Of a stretch of DNA of 64,000 nucleotides, positions 9,025-17,739 are shown piece after piece. The stretch comes from an uncultured Anaerobiospirillum sp. (GTDB lineage: Bacteria > Pseudomonadota > Gammaproteobacteria > Enterobacterales > Succinivibrionaceae). The stretch covers positions 431 to 64,430 of the forward strand of contig CALXOW010000011.1 of assembly GCA_944390115.1 (NCBI GenBank), read 5' to 3'. The notes beneath the pieces were generated by a model. That model made no database searches. It was not told where the DNA came from and saw nothing but the letters and a program-made list of their open reading frames with translations. The stretch's first letter is position 1, and each line of letters begins with the position of its first letter. A program made the translations under genes and the position numbers.

Positions 9025-9163
9025 TGGTTTTGACTGCTATCCCCATTGCTTTTTATGCCAAGGCAAGGAGCAATATGATATACTGAGAGTGGATTGAGCT
9101 GTTTTTACATTGACGGTGAGTCTTGATAGCATTAATCTGGGTAATGTTCATAAGGGATATATT

Positions 9164-10105
9164 ATGTCAAAGCCTAAGAAAAACAGGCGCTTTAACCGCT
9201 TTAATGATGCTTTTGTTAAATATATTTTGTCTAATAAACTTTTGTTGATTAACCTGCTTAATGCTATCTTCGCAGAGTTCAGACCTCCATGTGTTAAAGG
9301 TGATATCACTGATGTTACCTACGGAGATCGCGAATTAATAGCCTTTCACTCTAATGAAAAAGTTGGGCGTCTTGATATCTTTGCTACGACCAGTGAAGGT
9401 CAAATTATTGATATCGAGGTTCAATGCAGAGTAGATAATGCCCTTCTTGCACGCGATTTATTTTATTTTAGCAGAATTTACGCGACTCAAAAGATTGAGG
9501 GTAAAGAATATGATCAAGCAAAGCCTGTTATAATCATTAACCTGCTTAAAGAAAATCATTTTCATGATCGCGATGATTATATTAGATCCTATTCCATGCG
9601 TGACGACAAAACTTATGAGTTGATGAAAGATAATAAAATTTTCTTTATTTGTATCGAAGCTCGTAAGTGTGTAAAGCTTGGCGACAAGGACAAGAATCAC
9701 CTGATCCGATGGATGCATTTTTTTAGCAACATCTCGCAGAAAAACGACGCAGAGCTTGCTGAAAAAGATGAGGTTATCAAGCTGTTATTGGAGGCAGAGA
9801 AAATGTTCAAGCGCAATAACGAAAATATGAAGGAATATACTGCGCTCGAAGAGATGCAGGATGAGCTTGAGTGGGAAAAGCAGAAAAGCAAGAAGGAAAT
9901 AAAGGCGCGCGAGCAAGAGTTCAAGAAGGAAATGAAGGCCCGCGAACAAGAGCACAAGAAGGAGATGAGGGAGCGAAAGGAGCGCGAGCTGAACTCTAAG
10001 ATTGAATCGGTTAAAAAGATGCAGGCCGATGGTTTTACTCTTGATGCCATCAAGAAATACATCAATATTACCGATCGTCAACTGGCAAAAGCTGGTTTGT
10101 GTTAA
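9164..10105 (+). CDS. Rpn family recombination-promoting nuclease / putative transposase (YhgA-like, PD-(D/E)xK)
   Basis: The N-terminus MSKPKKNRRFNRFNDAFVKYIL, then GRLDIFATTSEGQIIDIEVQ (nuclease core), a lysine/glutamate-rich coiled region and the tail KKMQADGFTLDAIKKYINITDRQL are typical of this family. AAGGGA lies upstream of the ATG at 9164. Confidence 0.8.
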   Translation: MSKPKKNRRFNRFNDAFVKYILSNKLLLINLLNAIFAEFRPPCVKGDITDVTYGDRELIAFHSNEKVGRLDIFATTSEGQIIDIEVQCRVDNALLARDLFYFSRIYATQKIEGKEYDQAKPVIIINLLKENHFHDRDDYIRSYSMRDDKTYELMKDNKIFFICIEARKCVKLGDKDKNHLIRWMHFFSNISQKNDAELAEKDEVIKLLLEAEKMFKRNNENMKEYTALEEMQDELEWEKQKSKKEIKAREQEFKKEMKAREQEHKKEMRERKERELNSKIESVKKMQADGFTLDAIKKYINITDRQLAKAGLC

Positions 10106-10143
10106 TTGCATAAAGTTGACGTGGCAATTATGATTGTCTGATT

Positions 10144-10175
10144 GAGGCGAGTTGTTTGACTCGCCTTTATTTTTG
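10144..10175 (+). terminator. Intrinsic terminator after rpn copy 1
   Basis: Hairpin GAGGCGAG-TTGTTTGA-CTCGCC followed by TTTATTTTT. Confidence 0.65.
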
Positions 10176-10204
10176 TAATATTTGCCAATGAGGATTGTTA
10201 TAAC

Positions 10205-10767
10205 TATGATCAAGCAAAGCCTATTATAATCATTAACCTGCTTAAAGAAAATCATTTTCATGATCGTGATGATTATGTTGGAGCTTATTCCATGCGTGAC
10301 GACAAAACTTATGAGTTGATGAAAGATAATAAAATTTTCTTTATTTGTATCGAAGATCGTAAGTGTGTAAAGCTTGGCGACAAGGACAAGAATCACCTGA
10401 TCCGATGGATGCATTTTTTAGCAACATCTCGCAGAAAAACGACGCAGAGCTTGCTGAAAAGGATGAAGTTATCAAGCTGTTATTGGAGGCAGAGAAAATG
10501 TTCAAGCGCAATAACGAAAATATGAAGGAATATACTGCGCTCGAAGAGATGCAGGATGAGCTTGAGTGGGAAAAGCAGAAAAGCAAGAAGGAACTGAAGG
10601 CCCGCGAACAAGAATACAAGAAGGAGATGAGGGAGCGAAAGGAGCGCGAGCTGAACTCTAAGATTGAATCGGTTAAAAAGATGCAGGCCGATGGTTTTAC
10701 TCTTGATGCCATCAAGAAATACATCAATATTACCGATCGTCAACTGGCAAAAGCTGGTTTGTGTTAA
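10205..10767 (+). pseudogene. Truncated, frameshifted second rpn copy; leaves an intact free-standing C-terminal ORF (10363 or 10405 to 10767)
   Basis: It lacks the N-terminal nuclease half. A T7 to T6 change (9718-9724 versus about 10414-10419) splits the reading frame into ORFs 10292..10525 and 10363..10767. The latter reads MDAFFSNISQKNDAELAEKDE... through the family tail. Confidence 0.7.
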
Positions 10768-10805
10768 TTGCATAAAGTTGACGTGGCAATTATGATTGTC
10801 TGATT

Positions 10806-10836
10806 GAGGCGAGTTGTTTGACTCGCCTTTATTTTT
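10806..10836 (+). terminator. Intrinsic terminator after rpn copy 2 (duplicate of 10144-10175)
   Basis: Same hairpin plus T-run as copy 1. Confidence 0.65.
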
Positions 10837-10911
10837 GTAATATTTGCCAATGACGATTGTTATAACGTCGTCAGCTCAGCTGATTTTCTTTGCCTCGCGC
10901 GTACGGCGTAG

Positions 10912-10927
10912 CCCCGCTCAGACGGTT
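10912..10927. repeat. Right copy of the 16-bp direct repeat CCCCGCTCAGACGGTT
   Basis: Identical to 9009-9024. Confidence 0.8.
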
Positions 10928-10981
10928 GAGCCCCGCGCGGATGGTTGGGCTTCTTTGGGCCTGCGGTCTGAGCGCTGGTGC

Positions 10982-12736
10982 TTAGAGCTTGGGGGGCTGC
11001 TTTTGCTGCTCTAAGGCTTGGGCCAGGGCCTGGCCTAACTTGGTGCGGGTGAGCAGCTGCTCGGGCTCTAAGGCGGTCGAAAAGGCGCGCTTGGCGGCCT
11101 CGGTGAGGGTCAGATAGGACGAGGCGGCGTTGGCATTGGCCAGGGCAATGGCCGCTTGCAGCTTGTTGAGCTTGGCGGCGTGACCGCTTTGCCTCTCCTT
11201 ATCCGTAACTAAGCTCGTGAGGTACTCATTGCCCGCCAGGACATTGGCGTCCATTAGGCTGCGGCGCAGGTCGCTCACCACCTTGGCACTTTGCTGGGCC
11301 GTGTCAAAGGTCGGAGTGTTGAAGATGGCGCTCGAGTCTTGCTCTTCCGTGACCTCATTGTGGTCGCTCATGGTGCTTTGCACGTGCTCGGACACTTGGT
11401 GCACCACCTGGGCACGCGCGTCGAGCTCGGCCTGGATAATGGCTCTGAGGCTAAAGGCGCCGGTGCGTAGCAGCTGCGGATTGCTGCCCGCGTGCTGGGC
11501 GCCCAGGGGCGCCAGGGCCAGGCACAGGCGCTTGGCGTTGGCCTCATAGCTGTTGCGTGCAAAGAGCTCCTTTAATTCTTTGAGGTCTGGGGCGGTGGTG
11601 ACTTGTGCCTTTAAGGCCTCAAACCACGGCATGACGTCTTCAGGCTGCGGCGGCGTGGTCAGATGATCGATGACGTCCTGGCCCACATCGATATAGGTGG
11701 CCTGAGCCCCTAAAAACTCCTCAAAAGTCGGCTGGTCGGTGGTGATGACGCTCACGCCGTGGCTGACCGCTTCTAAGGACATTTCGGGCGCGCAATCATA
11801 GGAGAGGGTCGGCATCACCAGGACACGCGTTTGTTTGAGGACGGCGGCGCGCTCGGTGGTGTAAGGGTAGATCGTCAGATAAGAGAAGTGGCTGAGGTCG
11901 TAGGACTTCTGGCCGCTCTTGCGGTCGTAGTACTCGTTGAGGCAATTCTCAAACTGGTTGGGCTCGCGCTCAAGTACGGCAAATTGGTAGTCAAAGAGGG
12001 TGCGGTCACTGCGGCATTGCTTGACCAGCTCTAAGAAGAGTCCCAGGCCATTCTCAAGGCTCGGATTCTCCAAGAGAATGAGCTTTCGTTTTGCAACATC
12101 ATCGGCCAGGCGCTTTAATTGCGCGCGCTGCTCTTTTAGGCTGCCTGGGTTGGCGCCTGGGTGGGTTAGGAGGGGACCGGTGACCTTGATAAAGGGGCCG
12201 ATGTAGGTGGCGGCGCGCCCTTGGGGCGTGACGTAGCTGTCAATTAAAAATTGGCTCGTGGCCAAAATGAGGTCGCTGTCGCGGAAGCTATAGTCAAAGC
12301 TCGGGTGCTCCAGCAGAACAAAGGCGGTCGGGAGGTGGCATTGGCGTGCCAGATTGAGGCAGGACATGGTCACGATATCCGAGCTTGAGGCAATCACTAA
12401 ATCAGGCTTAAAGCCGCAGATGATCGGCGTCATCTCATTGTAGAAATTGCGCTGCTCTAAGACCGTCATGTCACCTAGGCTAATCGAGGCCGTGGTGGTG
12501 TAAACGTAGGGGATATCGCCGTCTAAGATTTGAAATTTGGTGCTCGAGTGGGCAATGGGCTCGCGCACTACGGCGGCAACTGAGCTGGGCGCAGAGCTCA
12601 CGCGCACGGTCGAGGTCAAGACCACTAAGGCCGCACCATGATCGTGGAGCGCGGCAATCATATTGCGTACTTGCGCCGCCGCTGGGTTTAAATTGTCGTG
12701 CACGCAGCACGGGCTAATCCACAGAATCTTGATCAT
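10982..12736 (-). CDS. GT-B (GT4-like) glycosyltransferase paralog 6, with an extra C-terminal extension of about 170 aa
   Basis: The N-terminus MIKILWISPCCVHD is shared with the five upstream paralogs. The body ends at the family motif GSNPQLLRTG and is followed by a unique Ala/Gln-rich tail. Confidence 0.75.
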   Translation of the reverse strand: MIKILWISPCCVHDNLNPAAAQVRNMIAALHDHGAALVVLTSTVRVSSAPSSVAAVVREPIAHSSTKFQILDGDIPYVYTTTASISLGDMTVLEQRNFYNEMTPIICGFKPDLVIASSSDIVTMSCLNLARQCHLPTAFVLLEHPSFDYSFRDSDLILATSQFLIDSYVTPQGRAATYIGPFIKVTGPLLTHPGANPGSLKEQRAQLKRLADDVAKRKLILLENPSLENGLGLFLELVKQCRSDRTLFDYQFAVLEREPNQFENCLNEYYDRKSGQKSYDLSHFSYLTIYPYTTERAAVLKQTRVLVMPTLSYDCAPEMSLEAVSHGVSVITTDQPTFEEFLGAQATYIDVGQDVIDHLTTPPQPEDVMPWFEALKAQVTTAPDLKELKELFARNSYEANAKRLCLALAPLGAQHAGSNPQLLRTGAFSLRAIIQAELDARAQVVHQVSEHVQSTMSDHNEVTEEQDSSAIFNTPTFDTAQQSAKVVSDLRRSLMDANVLAGNEYLTSLVTDKERQSGHAAKLNKLQAAIALANANAASSYLTLTEAAKRAFSTALEPEQLLTRTKLGQALAQALEQQKQPPKL

Positions 12737-12744
12737 GGCGCCTC

Positions 12745-13974
12745 CTAAAAATGCACGTCGGGGAGCGCACTATCGCTCAATTGGTTGAGGTCGAGGGTGG
12801 TGACCTTCTTGGTCATCAGCGGCTCTAACACCGCGATCAAGCGGTACAGGGCATTATCCTGGGACAGCCGCTCCTTGGCTTGATGCAAGAGCTCGTCGCT
12901 ATTGTTGCTCAAAAAGACCTTGAGGGTCTCAACCCAGGGCCTAATTTCTTGGTCGTCAGGGATGGAGAGATAGTCTTGCTGACAGTGTTCGGGGGTATCA
13001 AGCAAGATGCCGCCGCCTGCGATCGCCTCACTTAGGCCGCCCGAGTTGGCAGCAATCACCGGAATATTGTTAAAGACCGCTTCGCTCGCGCCCCGGCCCC
13101 AGGGCTCAAACCATAATGAGGGTGCGACCAAAACCGAGGTGATAGCGTAGATTGGGCGCATATCCGCTTGCGGGGCGACCATATAGACGTTAGGAAAGTC
13201 CGCCGGGGTATAGGGGTGCACGTCAGGCCTACCCTTCTCATGGAGCAGGCCTAGGATTTCGGTGATGCGGGGCCCCACGGCCAGAAACTTCACCGAGGGT
13301 AGCTCACTTTGGCAGACCTTTGCGAGCTTGGCAAAGATCGCCACGCCCTTATGCTCGACCGGACTTAACATCGTGACAAAGATCTTTTGGTGCTGGGAGG
13401 CGGTGATATCGCGCCGGTCAAAGAACGCGCCCACCGGCACCATATTGATTTCGTCGCGCTCGGCGTAGAGCTTGGCGGTGGCGTGCGAATCAGTGACGAT
13501 GAGGTCGATATTAGGGAAAAGATAGTTGCCGTAGGTGCCGTGGCTTACCACGTACACGGTGGGCAGGCCGCGCGCCTTGGCCTCAGCAAAGCAGGTTTGC
13601 GCCAAGGGGCTGACCCCATAGCCCATCACGAGGTCGGGCCCGTACTCCTCGAGGATTTGGCGAAAGGTGTTAAAGAAGAGCTGGCATTCGGCGAGCGTCA
13701 TATTAAGCTCGCTCGTTTGCCCCACTCGAGGATATACGTAGTGGACATTGTCCTCATCGAAGATGAAGACATTGTTCGGGCTGTGATGGATGATTTGCTC
13801 GAGGTCGCCAAAGGCTTGCTGGGCGCCCTCAGCCTGATTGAAGATAAAGGTGGTGCAGGCCCATACCTCGTAGCCCTGGCGCGCCAGGCCCTTTAACATA
13901 TAGCGACAGTTGATGGCGGCACCTGATGAGGTGTCGTGTAGGCTAAAGGGCGAAATCCACAAGATCTTGGACAT
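12745..13974 (-). CDS. GT-B (GT4-like) glycosyltransferase paralog 5
   Basis: MSKILWISPFSLHDTSSGAA, plus a C-terminal-domain EX7E-type region FEPWGRGASEAVFNNIPVIAANSGGLSEA. GAGGTG lies upstream of the ATG at 13974, so the track start at 13992 is probably too early. Confidence 0.8.
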   Translation of the reverse strand: MSKILWISPFSLHDTSSGAAINCRYMLKGLARQGYEVWACTTFIFNQAEGAQQAFGDLEQIIHHSPNNVFIFDEDNVHYVYPRVGQTSELNMTLAECQLFFNTFRQILEEYGPDLVMGYGVSPLAQTCFAEAKARGLPTVYVVSHGTYGNYLFPNIDLIVTDSHATAKLYAERDEINMVPVGAFFDRRDITASQHQKIFVTMLSPVEHKGVAIFAKLAKVCQSELPSVKFLAVGPRITEILGLLHEKGRPDVHPYTPADFPNVYMVAPQADMRPIYAITSVLVAPSLWFEPWGRGASEAVFNNIPVIAANSGGLSEAIAGGGILLDTPEHCQQDYLSIPDDQEIRPWVETLKVFLSNNSDELLHQAKERLSQDNALYRLIAVLEPLMTKKVTTLDLNQLSDSALPDVHF

Positions 13975-14058
13975 AGACACCTCAGGTGGCAAAAAGGCAC
14001 GCCGCCAGGGGCCCCGGCGGTAGGCCGGGCCCCTAGCGGCCAGAAGGGCCTGTGGCCC

Positions 14059-15282
14059 TTAGACCAGGCTGCCGTTACGTAACAGCTGCGGGTTGTTGCC
14101 TGCGCGCTGGTCAAAGAGCGGCTTTAAGATTACCGCTAAGCGATTGGCGCTGAGGTTGACGTCAAAGCGGCGGCTGACCTTTTGGCAGCGCTCGGCGTAG
14201 TCCTCACTTAAGGCCATGGTCAGGCCCTTGATGAAGTTGGTCATGTCCTCAGTGCGCGGCACTACTTGATGGTCGTTTAAGCAGTAGGCTGGGATCTCCA
14301 CTAAGACACCGGCCTCGCCGATCGATTCAGCTAGGCCAATCTGATTGGTGGCTAAGACCGGAATGCCGCTTGCGACCGCCTCGCGTGCAATCGGGTTGAT
14401 GCCCTCAAAGGAGAGCGATGGGGCGACTAAGAGCTTGGTCTGAGCTAAGATGTCGCGGCTTGGGGTGGTCGGTGGCAGCACCTCAATGCTGTTTAAGGCC
14501 TCGGCGCTAAAAGCAGGCTCGCTGCTGCCCAGCTCATGGGCCTGAGCAATTTGCTCGGCAAATTGGCCTTGGTAGGTCTCATAGACCGTGAACTTAAAGT
14601 TTTGGGCCGCCGCTGGGTTCAGCTGGGCTAAGCGCGCAAAGATGGTCAGACCCTTATCGAGGCTTGGGTTGATCATGGTGATGCGCGTGCGCTCGACGCT
14701 CTCGCCCTCTTGCGGCTTGCTGCCCACTACCGGCAGGAAGGAGCCCGTGACCACGCAATTGATCTTTTGCATGGTGGCGTAGAGGTTAGCCGTCGCGGAG
14801 CTGTCGGTCACCACGACATCGATATTAGGGAAGTTAAAACGGCGTGGGGTGCCATCGAGTAAGGTGTAGACGGTTGGCAGGCCCCGGCGCTTGGCCTCGT
14901 CAAAGCACACCATCGAGAGCATGTCGGTGCCACAGCCCATTACGACATCGGGGCGGAAGGCGTTGATGATGGCGCAGAACTTGGCGTAGAAGTTACGCTG
15001 CTCTTGCGAGGTCATATCGCCCAAGTGGCGGCTCTTGGTGCGCATGTAGATGAAGTTGATATTGTTATCGTTGAGGTTAAACGAGTTCTCGTTGCCCTTG
15101 AGCTTTTCGTCTAAGTCGGTGAACATCGAGGTGCCGCTCTCTTGCAGGAAGTTGAGGGCACTTAAGCCGACAATGTCGACCTCGCGGGCCTTGAGCGATA
15201 ACAGCATATTGCGCCATTGGGTGGCGGAGGCGTTGGTCGTATCGTGTACGCTCAGTGGGCTAACCCAAAGCAGTTTAGGCAT
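14059..15282 (-). CDS. GT-B (GT4-like) glycosyltransferase paralog 4
   Basis: MPKLLWVSPLSVHDTTNASA; FEGINPIAREAVASGIPVLATNQIGLAES; C-terminal NNPQLLRNG. Confidence 0.8.
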   Translation of the reverse strand: MPKLLWVSPLSVHDTTNASATQWRNMLLSLKAREVDIVGLSALNFLQESGTSMFTDLDEKLKGNENSFNLNDNNINFIYMRTKSRHLGDMTSQEQRNFYAKFCAIINAFRPDVVMGCGTDMLSMVCFDEAKRRGLPTVYTLLDGTPRRFNFPNIDVVVTDSSATANLYATMQKINCVVTGSFLPVVGSKPQEGESVERTRITMINPSLDKGLTIFARLAQLNPAAAQNFKFTVYETYQGQFAEQIAQAHELGSSEPAFSAEALNSIEVLPPTTPSRDILAQTKLLVAPSLSFEGINPIAREAVASGIPVLATNQIGLAESIGEAGVLVEIPAYCLNDHQVVPRTEDMTNFIKGLTMALSEDYAERCQKVSRRFDVNLSANRLAVILKPLFDQRAGNNPQLLRNGSLV

Positions 15283-15314
15283 TTTGTTTTATTCCTCTAT
15301 GAACCACGCACTGG

Positions 15315-16520
15315 CTAATTGCGATAAAACTGGGGATGATTGCTCGCGCTCTTATGAAAGAGTGGGGCAAAGGCCGCGATCACGCGGTCGGTGGCGCGCT
15401 CAGGGGAGAGCAGCACCTTGGCCTGGGCAAATTGGGCGCTGTAATCGGTGTTTAAAATGGTCTTGAGACCCTCAACCCACGGTCTGATTTCCTCATCGGT
15501 CGGCAGCGACCAATGATCCTTGATGCAGTGCTCGGGAGCAGGCAGCGCCAGGCCACAACCGGCCATGCCTTCGGCTAGGCCCCCTGAGGTCGAGCACAAG
15601 ACCGGAATCTCGTTTAACGCCGCCTCCGAGGTGACGCGGCCCCAGGACTCAAACCAAAGCGACGGAGCGATTAAGGCGCGCGTGATGCGATAGACCGGAC
15701 GCATGTCCTTTTGCGAGCCCGCCAAATCGACATTGGGGAAGTCGGTCGGTTTAAACGGCTTAACCTCAGGCTGATCCTTTTCGTGGAGCAGGGTCACGGT
15801 CTGGGCAAAATGGGCGCGGCTGTTGATCACCAAGAAGCGTAGGTCCGGCAGCTCAGTTTGGCATACCTGGGCGAGCTTCGCGAAAATCGGCAACCCTTTT
15901 GATCCGACCGGATTGATAAAGGTGACGTACTTAGGCTCACGCTCCTTGCTCAAGAAGCGCTCGGGCGAGAAGAAGGCGCCGGTTGGGACCACATTGATGC
16001 GGCTTAACTTGGCGTAATAATCGCTGGTGGCTTGGCTATCGGTGATCACCAAATCAAAATTAGGGAAGGCAAATTGCTGGTGATTGCCATTGACCAAGAG
16101 ATAGACCGTCTTGATGCCCCGGCGCTTGGCCTCGGCAAAGCAGGTCAAGGAGGTCATACCAGGGCAATAGCCAAAGACGATATCAGGCTTAAACTCATCT
16201 AAGACCTGGAGGAAGGTCTGATAGAGCAGCTCGCCTTCATCCAAGGTGAAATCAAGCTCGTGACGGCTGTGGCAGCGCGTGTAGATATAGTGGATGCCAT
16301 TGTCGTCCAAGATAAAGGTCTGATGGGGATCTTGCTGGAGCTTCTGCTCTAAATCGCCAAAGGCCACCGTGCCCGACGGATTGTCAAAGACAAAGGAGGC
16401 ACAGGACCACACTTCAAAGCCGCGCTTGACTAAGCACTCGAGCATGTCCTTGGCGTCCACCGAGGCACCGGAGGACGTGTCATGCAAACTGTACGGAGAT
16501 AACCACAATACTTTAGGCAT
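15315..16520 (-). CDS. GT-B (GT4-like) glycosyltransferase paralog 3
   Basis: The start is placed at MPKVLWLSPYSLHDTSSGAS (ATG at 16520), 8 nt after the upstream paralog's stop. The body contains FESWGRVTSEAALNEIPVLCSTSGGLAEG. Confidence 0.8.
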   Translation of the reverse strand: MPKVLWLSPYSLHDTSSGASVDAKDMLECLVKRGFEVWSCASFVFDNPSGTVAFGDLEQKLQQDPHQTFILDDNGIHYIYTRCHSRHELDFTLDEGELLYQTFLQVLDEFKPDIVFGYCPGMTSLTCFAEAKRRGIKTVYLLVNGNHQQFAFPNFDLVITDSQATSDYYAKLSRINVVPTGAFFSPERFLSKEREPKYVTFINPVGSKGLPIFAKLAQVCQTELPDLRFLVINSRAHFAQTVTLLHEKDQPEVKPFKPTDFPNVDLAGSQKDMRPVYRITRALIAPSLWFESWGRVTSEAALNEIPVLCSTSGGLAEGMAGCGLALPAPEHCIKDHWSLPTDEEIRPWVEGLKTILNTDYSAQFAQAKVLLSPERATDRVIAAFAPLFHKSASNHPQFYRN

Positions 16521-16528
16521 TTTCTTTC

Positions 16529-17731
16529 CTAACGAGGCTTGAAGTGGGCAGCTTGCCGCTGCTGACACAGGGTGGTGAGCATATTAGCCAAACGGCCACT
16601 TAACTCAGTGATATCAACATTGCGCCGCGCCGCAGTGACCGATGCGCTCCAGTCTTCGCTCACCAGGCGCTTGAGCGCGTCGACCCACGGGGAGATTTCC
16701 TCGTCGGTCGGCAGCTCGGTGAAGTCTTGCACGCAGTGCGCGGGCGGCTCGAGCACGATGCCACCGCCATTGATGGCCTCCGGAATGCCGCCAATCTGAG
16801 AGCCCAAGACCGGAATACCGTTTAGTAGCGCTTCACTCGCGATGCGGCCCCAGGACTCGTACGCGAGGGACGGTACCAGCACCACCTTCGCGCGCGCGTA
16901 CACCAAGCGCATATCGTTGGTGGCATTGGTCATGAGAACGTTCGGGAAATCCTGCGCGGAATATGGTTTAACCGTAGAGCCCTGCTCATGCAAGTACGGC
17001 AGGCCTGCGACAAAGTTGGAGCGCGAGTTGACCACCAAGAACTTAAGCTCAGGCAAGGCACTTTGGCAGACTCGGGCGAGCTTAGCAAAGATGGCGAGGC
17101 CCTTACTGAAGTCGGGATTGACCAAGGTGATAAAGCTGGGCTGACGCTCGGGGGCGACCACGTACTTGGGCTCGATGAATTGGCCGATGGGGGTGCAGTT
17201 GATGTGCTCGCGCTCGGCGTAGAGCTGGGCCGTGGTGTGCGAGTCGGTCAGCACCAAATCAAGATGCGGGAAGGTAAAGTGCGCATGCTTGCCGTTCATC
17301 ACGAAATAGACCGTGGCAATGCCCCGGCGCTGAGCCTCAGCAAAGCAGGTATAGGAGTCCATGCCGGTGCCGTAGCCCACCACCAGATCGGGCTTATAGG
17401 CCGTTAGGACATCGAGGTAGCGCTCAAAGAACTCATTTTGCTCGCTGACCGTGCGCTCCATCTCAGCGGTATGCTGATTCTTCAAATAGATGTAGTGGAT
17501 GCCGCGATCGTCAAACTGGAACAGCTTGGCCTGAGGGTTGCGCGCAAAGAGCTGCCCTAAATCGCCAAAGGTGGCGTTACCGCCATAGGGGCGATCAAAG
17601 ACAAAGGTGGCAAAGGACCACACGGTAAAGCCGCGTTGCTGCAAGGACTCTAAGATCGCGCGGCAGTGAATTGACGCGCCCGAGGTGATGTCATGCAGGC
17701 TATAAGGCGACATCCAAAGGATCTTAGGCAT
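16529..17731 (-). CDS. GT-B (GT4-like) glycosyltransferase paralog 2
   Basis: MPKILWMSPYSLHDITSGAS; YESWGRIASEALLNGIPVLGSQIGGIPEA. Confidence 0.8.
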   Translation of the reverse strand: MPKILWMSPYSLHDITSGASIHCRAILESLQQRGFTVWSFATFVFDRPYGGNATFGDLGQLFARNPQAKLFQFDDRGIHYIYLKNQHTAEMERTVSEQNEFFERYLDVLTAYKPDLVVGYGTGMDSYTCFAEAQRRGIATVYFVMNGKHAHFTFPHLDLVLTDSHTTAQLYAEREHINCTPIGQFIEPKYVVAPERQPSFITLVNPDFSKGLAIFAKLARVCQSALPELKFLVVNSRSNFVAGLPYLHEQGSTVKPYSAQDFPNVLMTNATNDMRLVYARAKVVLVPSLAYESWGRIASEALLNGIPVLGSQIGGIPEAINGGGIVLEPPAHCVQDFTELPTDEEISPWVDALKRLVSEDWSASVTAARRNVDITELSGRLANMLTTLCQQRQAAHFKPR

Positions 17732-17739
17732 AGCGGCTC

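Larger units (their letters stand above)
9509..10866 (+). repeat. Tandem direct duplication: unit 1 is 9509-10204 (696 bp), unit 2 is 10205-10866 (662 bp)
   Basis: The units are near-identical and abut head to tail (junction ...TTGTTATAAC|TATGATCAAGC). Unit 2 lacks one 33-bp KKE(I/M)KAREQE(F/H) sub-repeat and one T of a T7 run. Confidence 0.85.
9025..10911 (+). mobile_element. AT-rich inserted segment carrying an Rpn-family nuclease gene and its partial tandem duplicate
   Basis: GC drops sharply (about 30% in sampled lines) between two 16-bp direct repeats. The cargo is a YhgA/Rpn-type putative transposase-nuclease. Confidence 0.45.

Noticed and set aside
9785-10414. 209-aa and other minus-strand ORFs across the rpn copies
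   Set aside because: They run antisense to a gene with clear family motifs. In this AT-rich, Lys/Glu-coding sequence the open frames come from the repeats themselves.
13387-13896. 169-aa plus-strand ORF and similar antisense ORFs throughout the glycosyltransferase array (e.g. 16988..17407, 18128..18468)
   Set aside because: They run antisense to ORFs with clear GT motifs and paralog conservation, which is typical of high-GC shadow frames.
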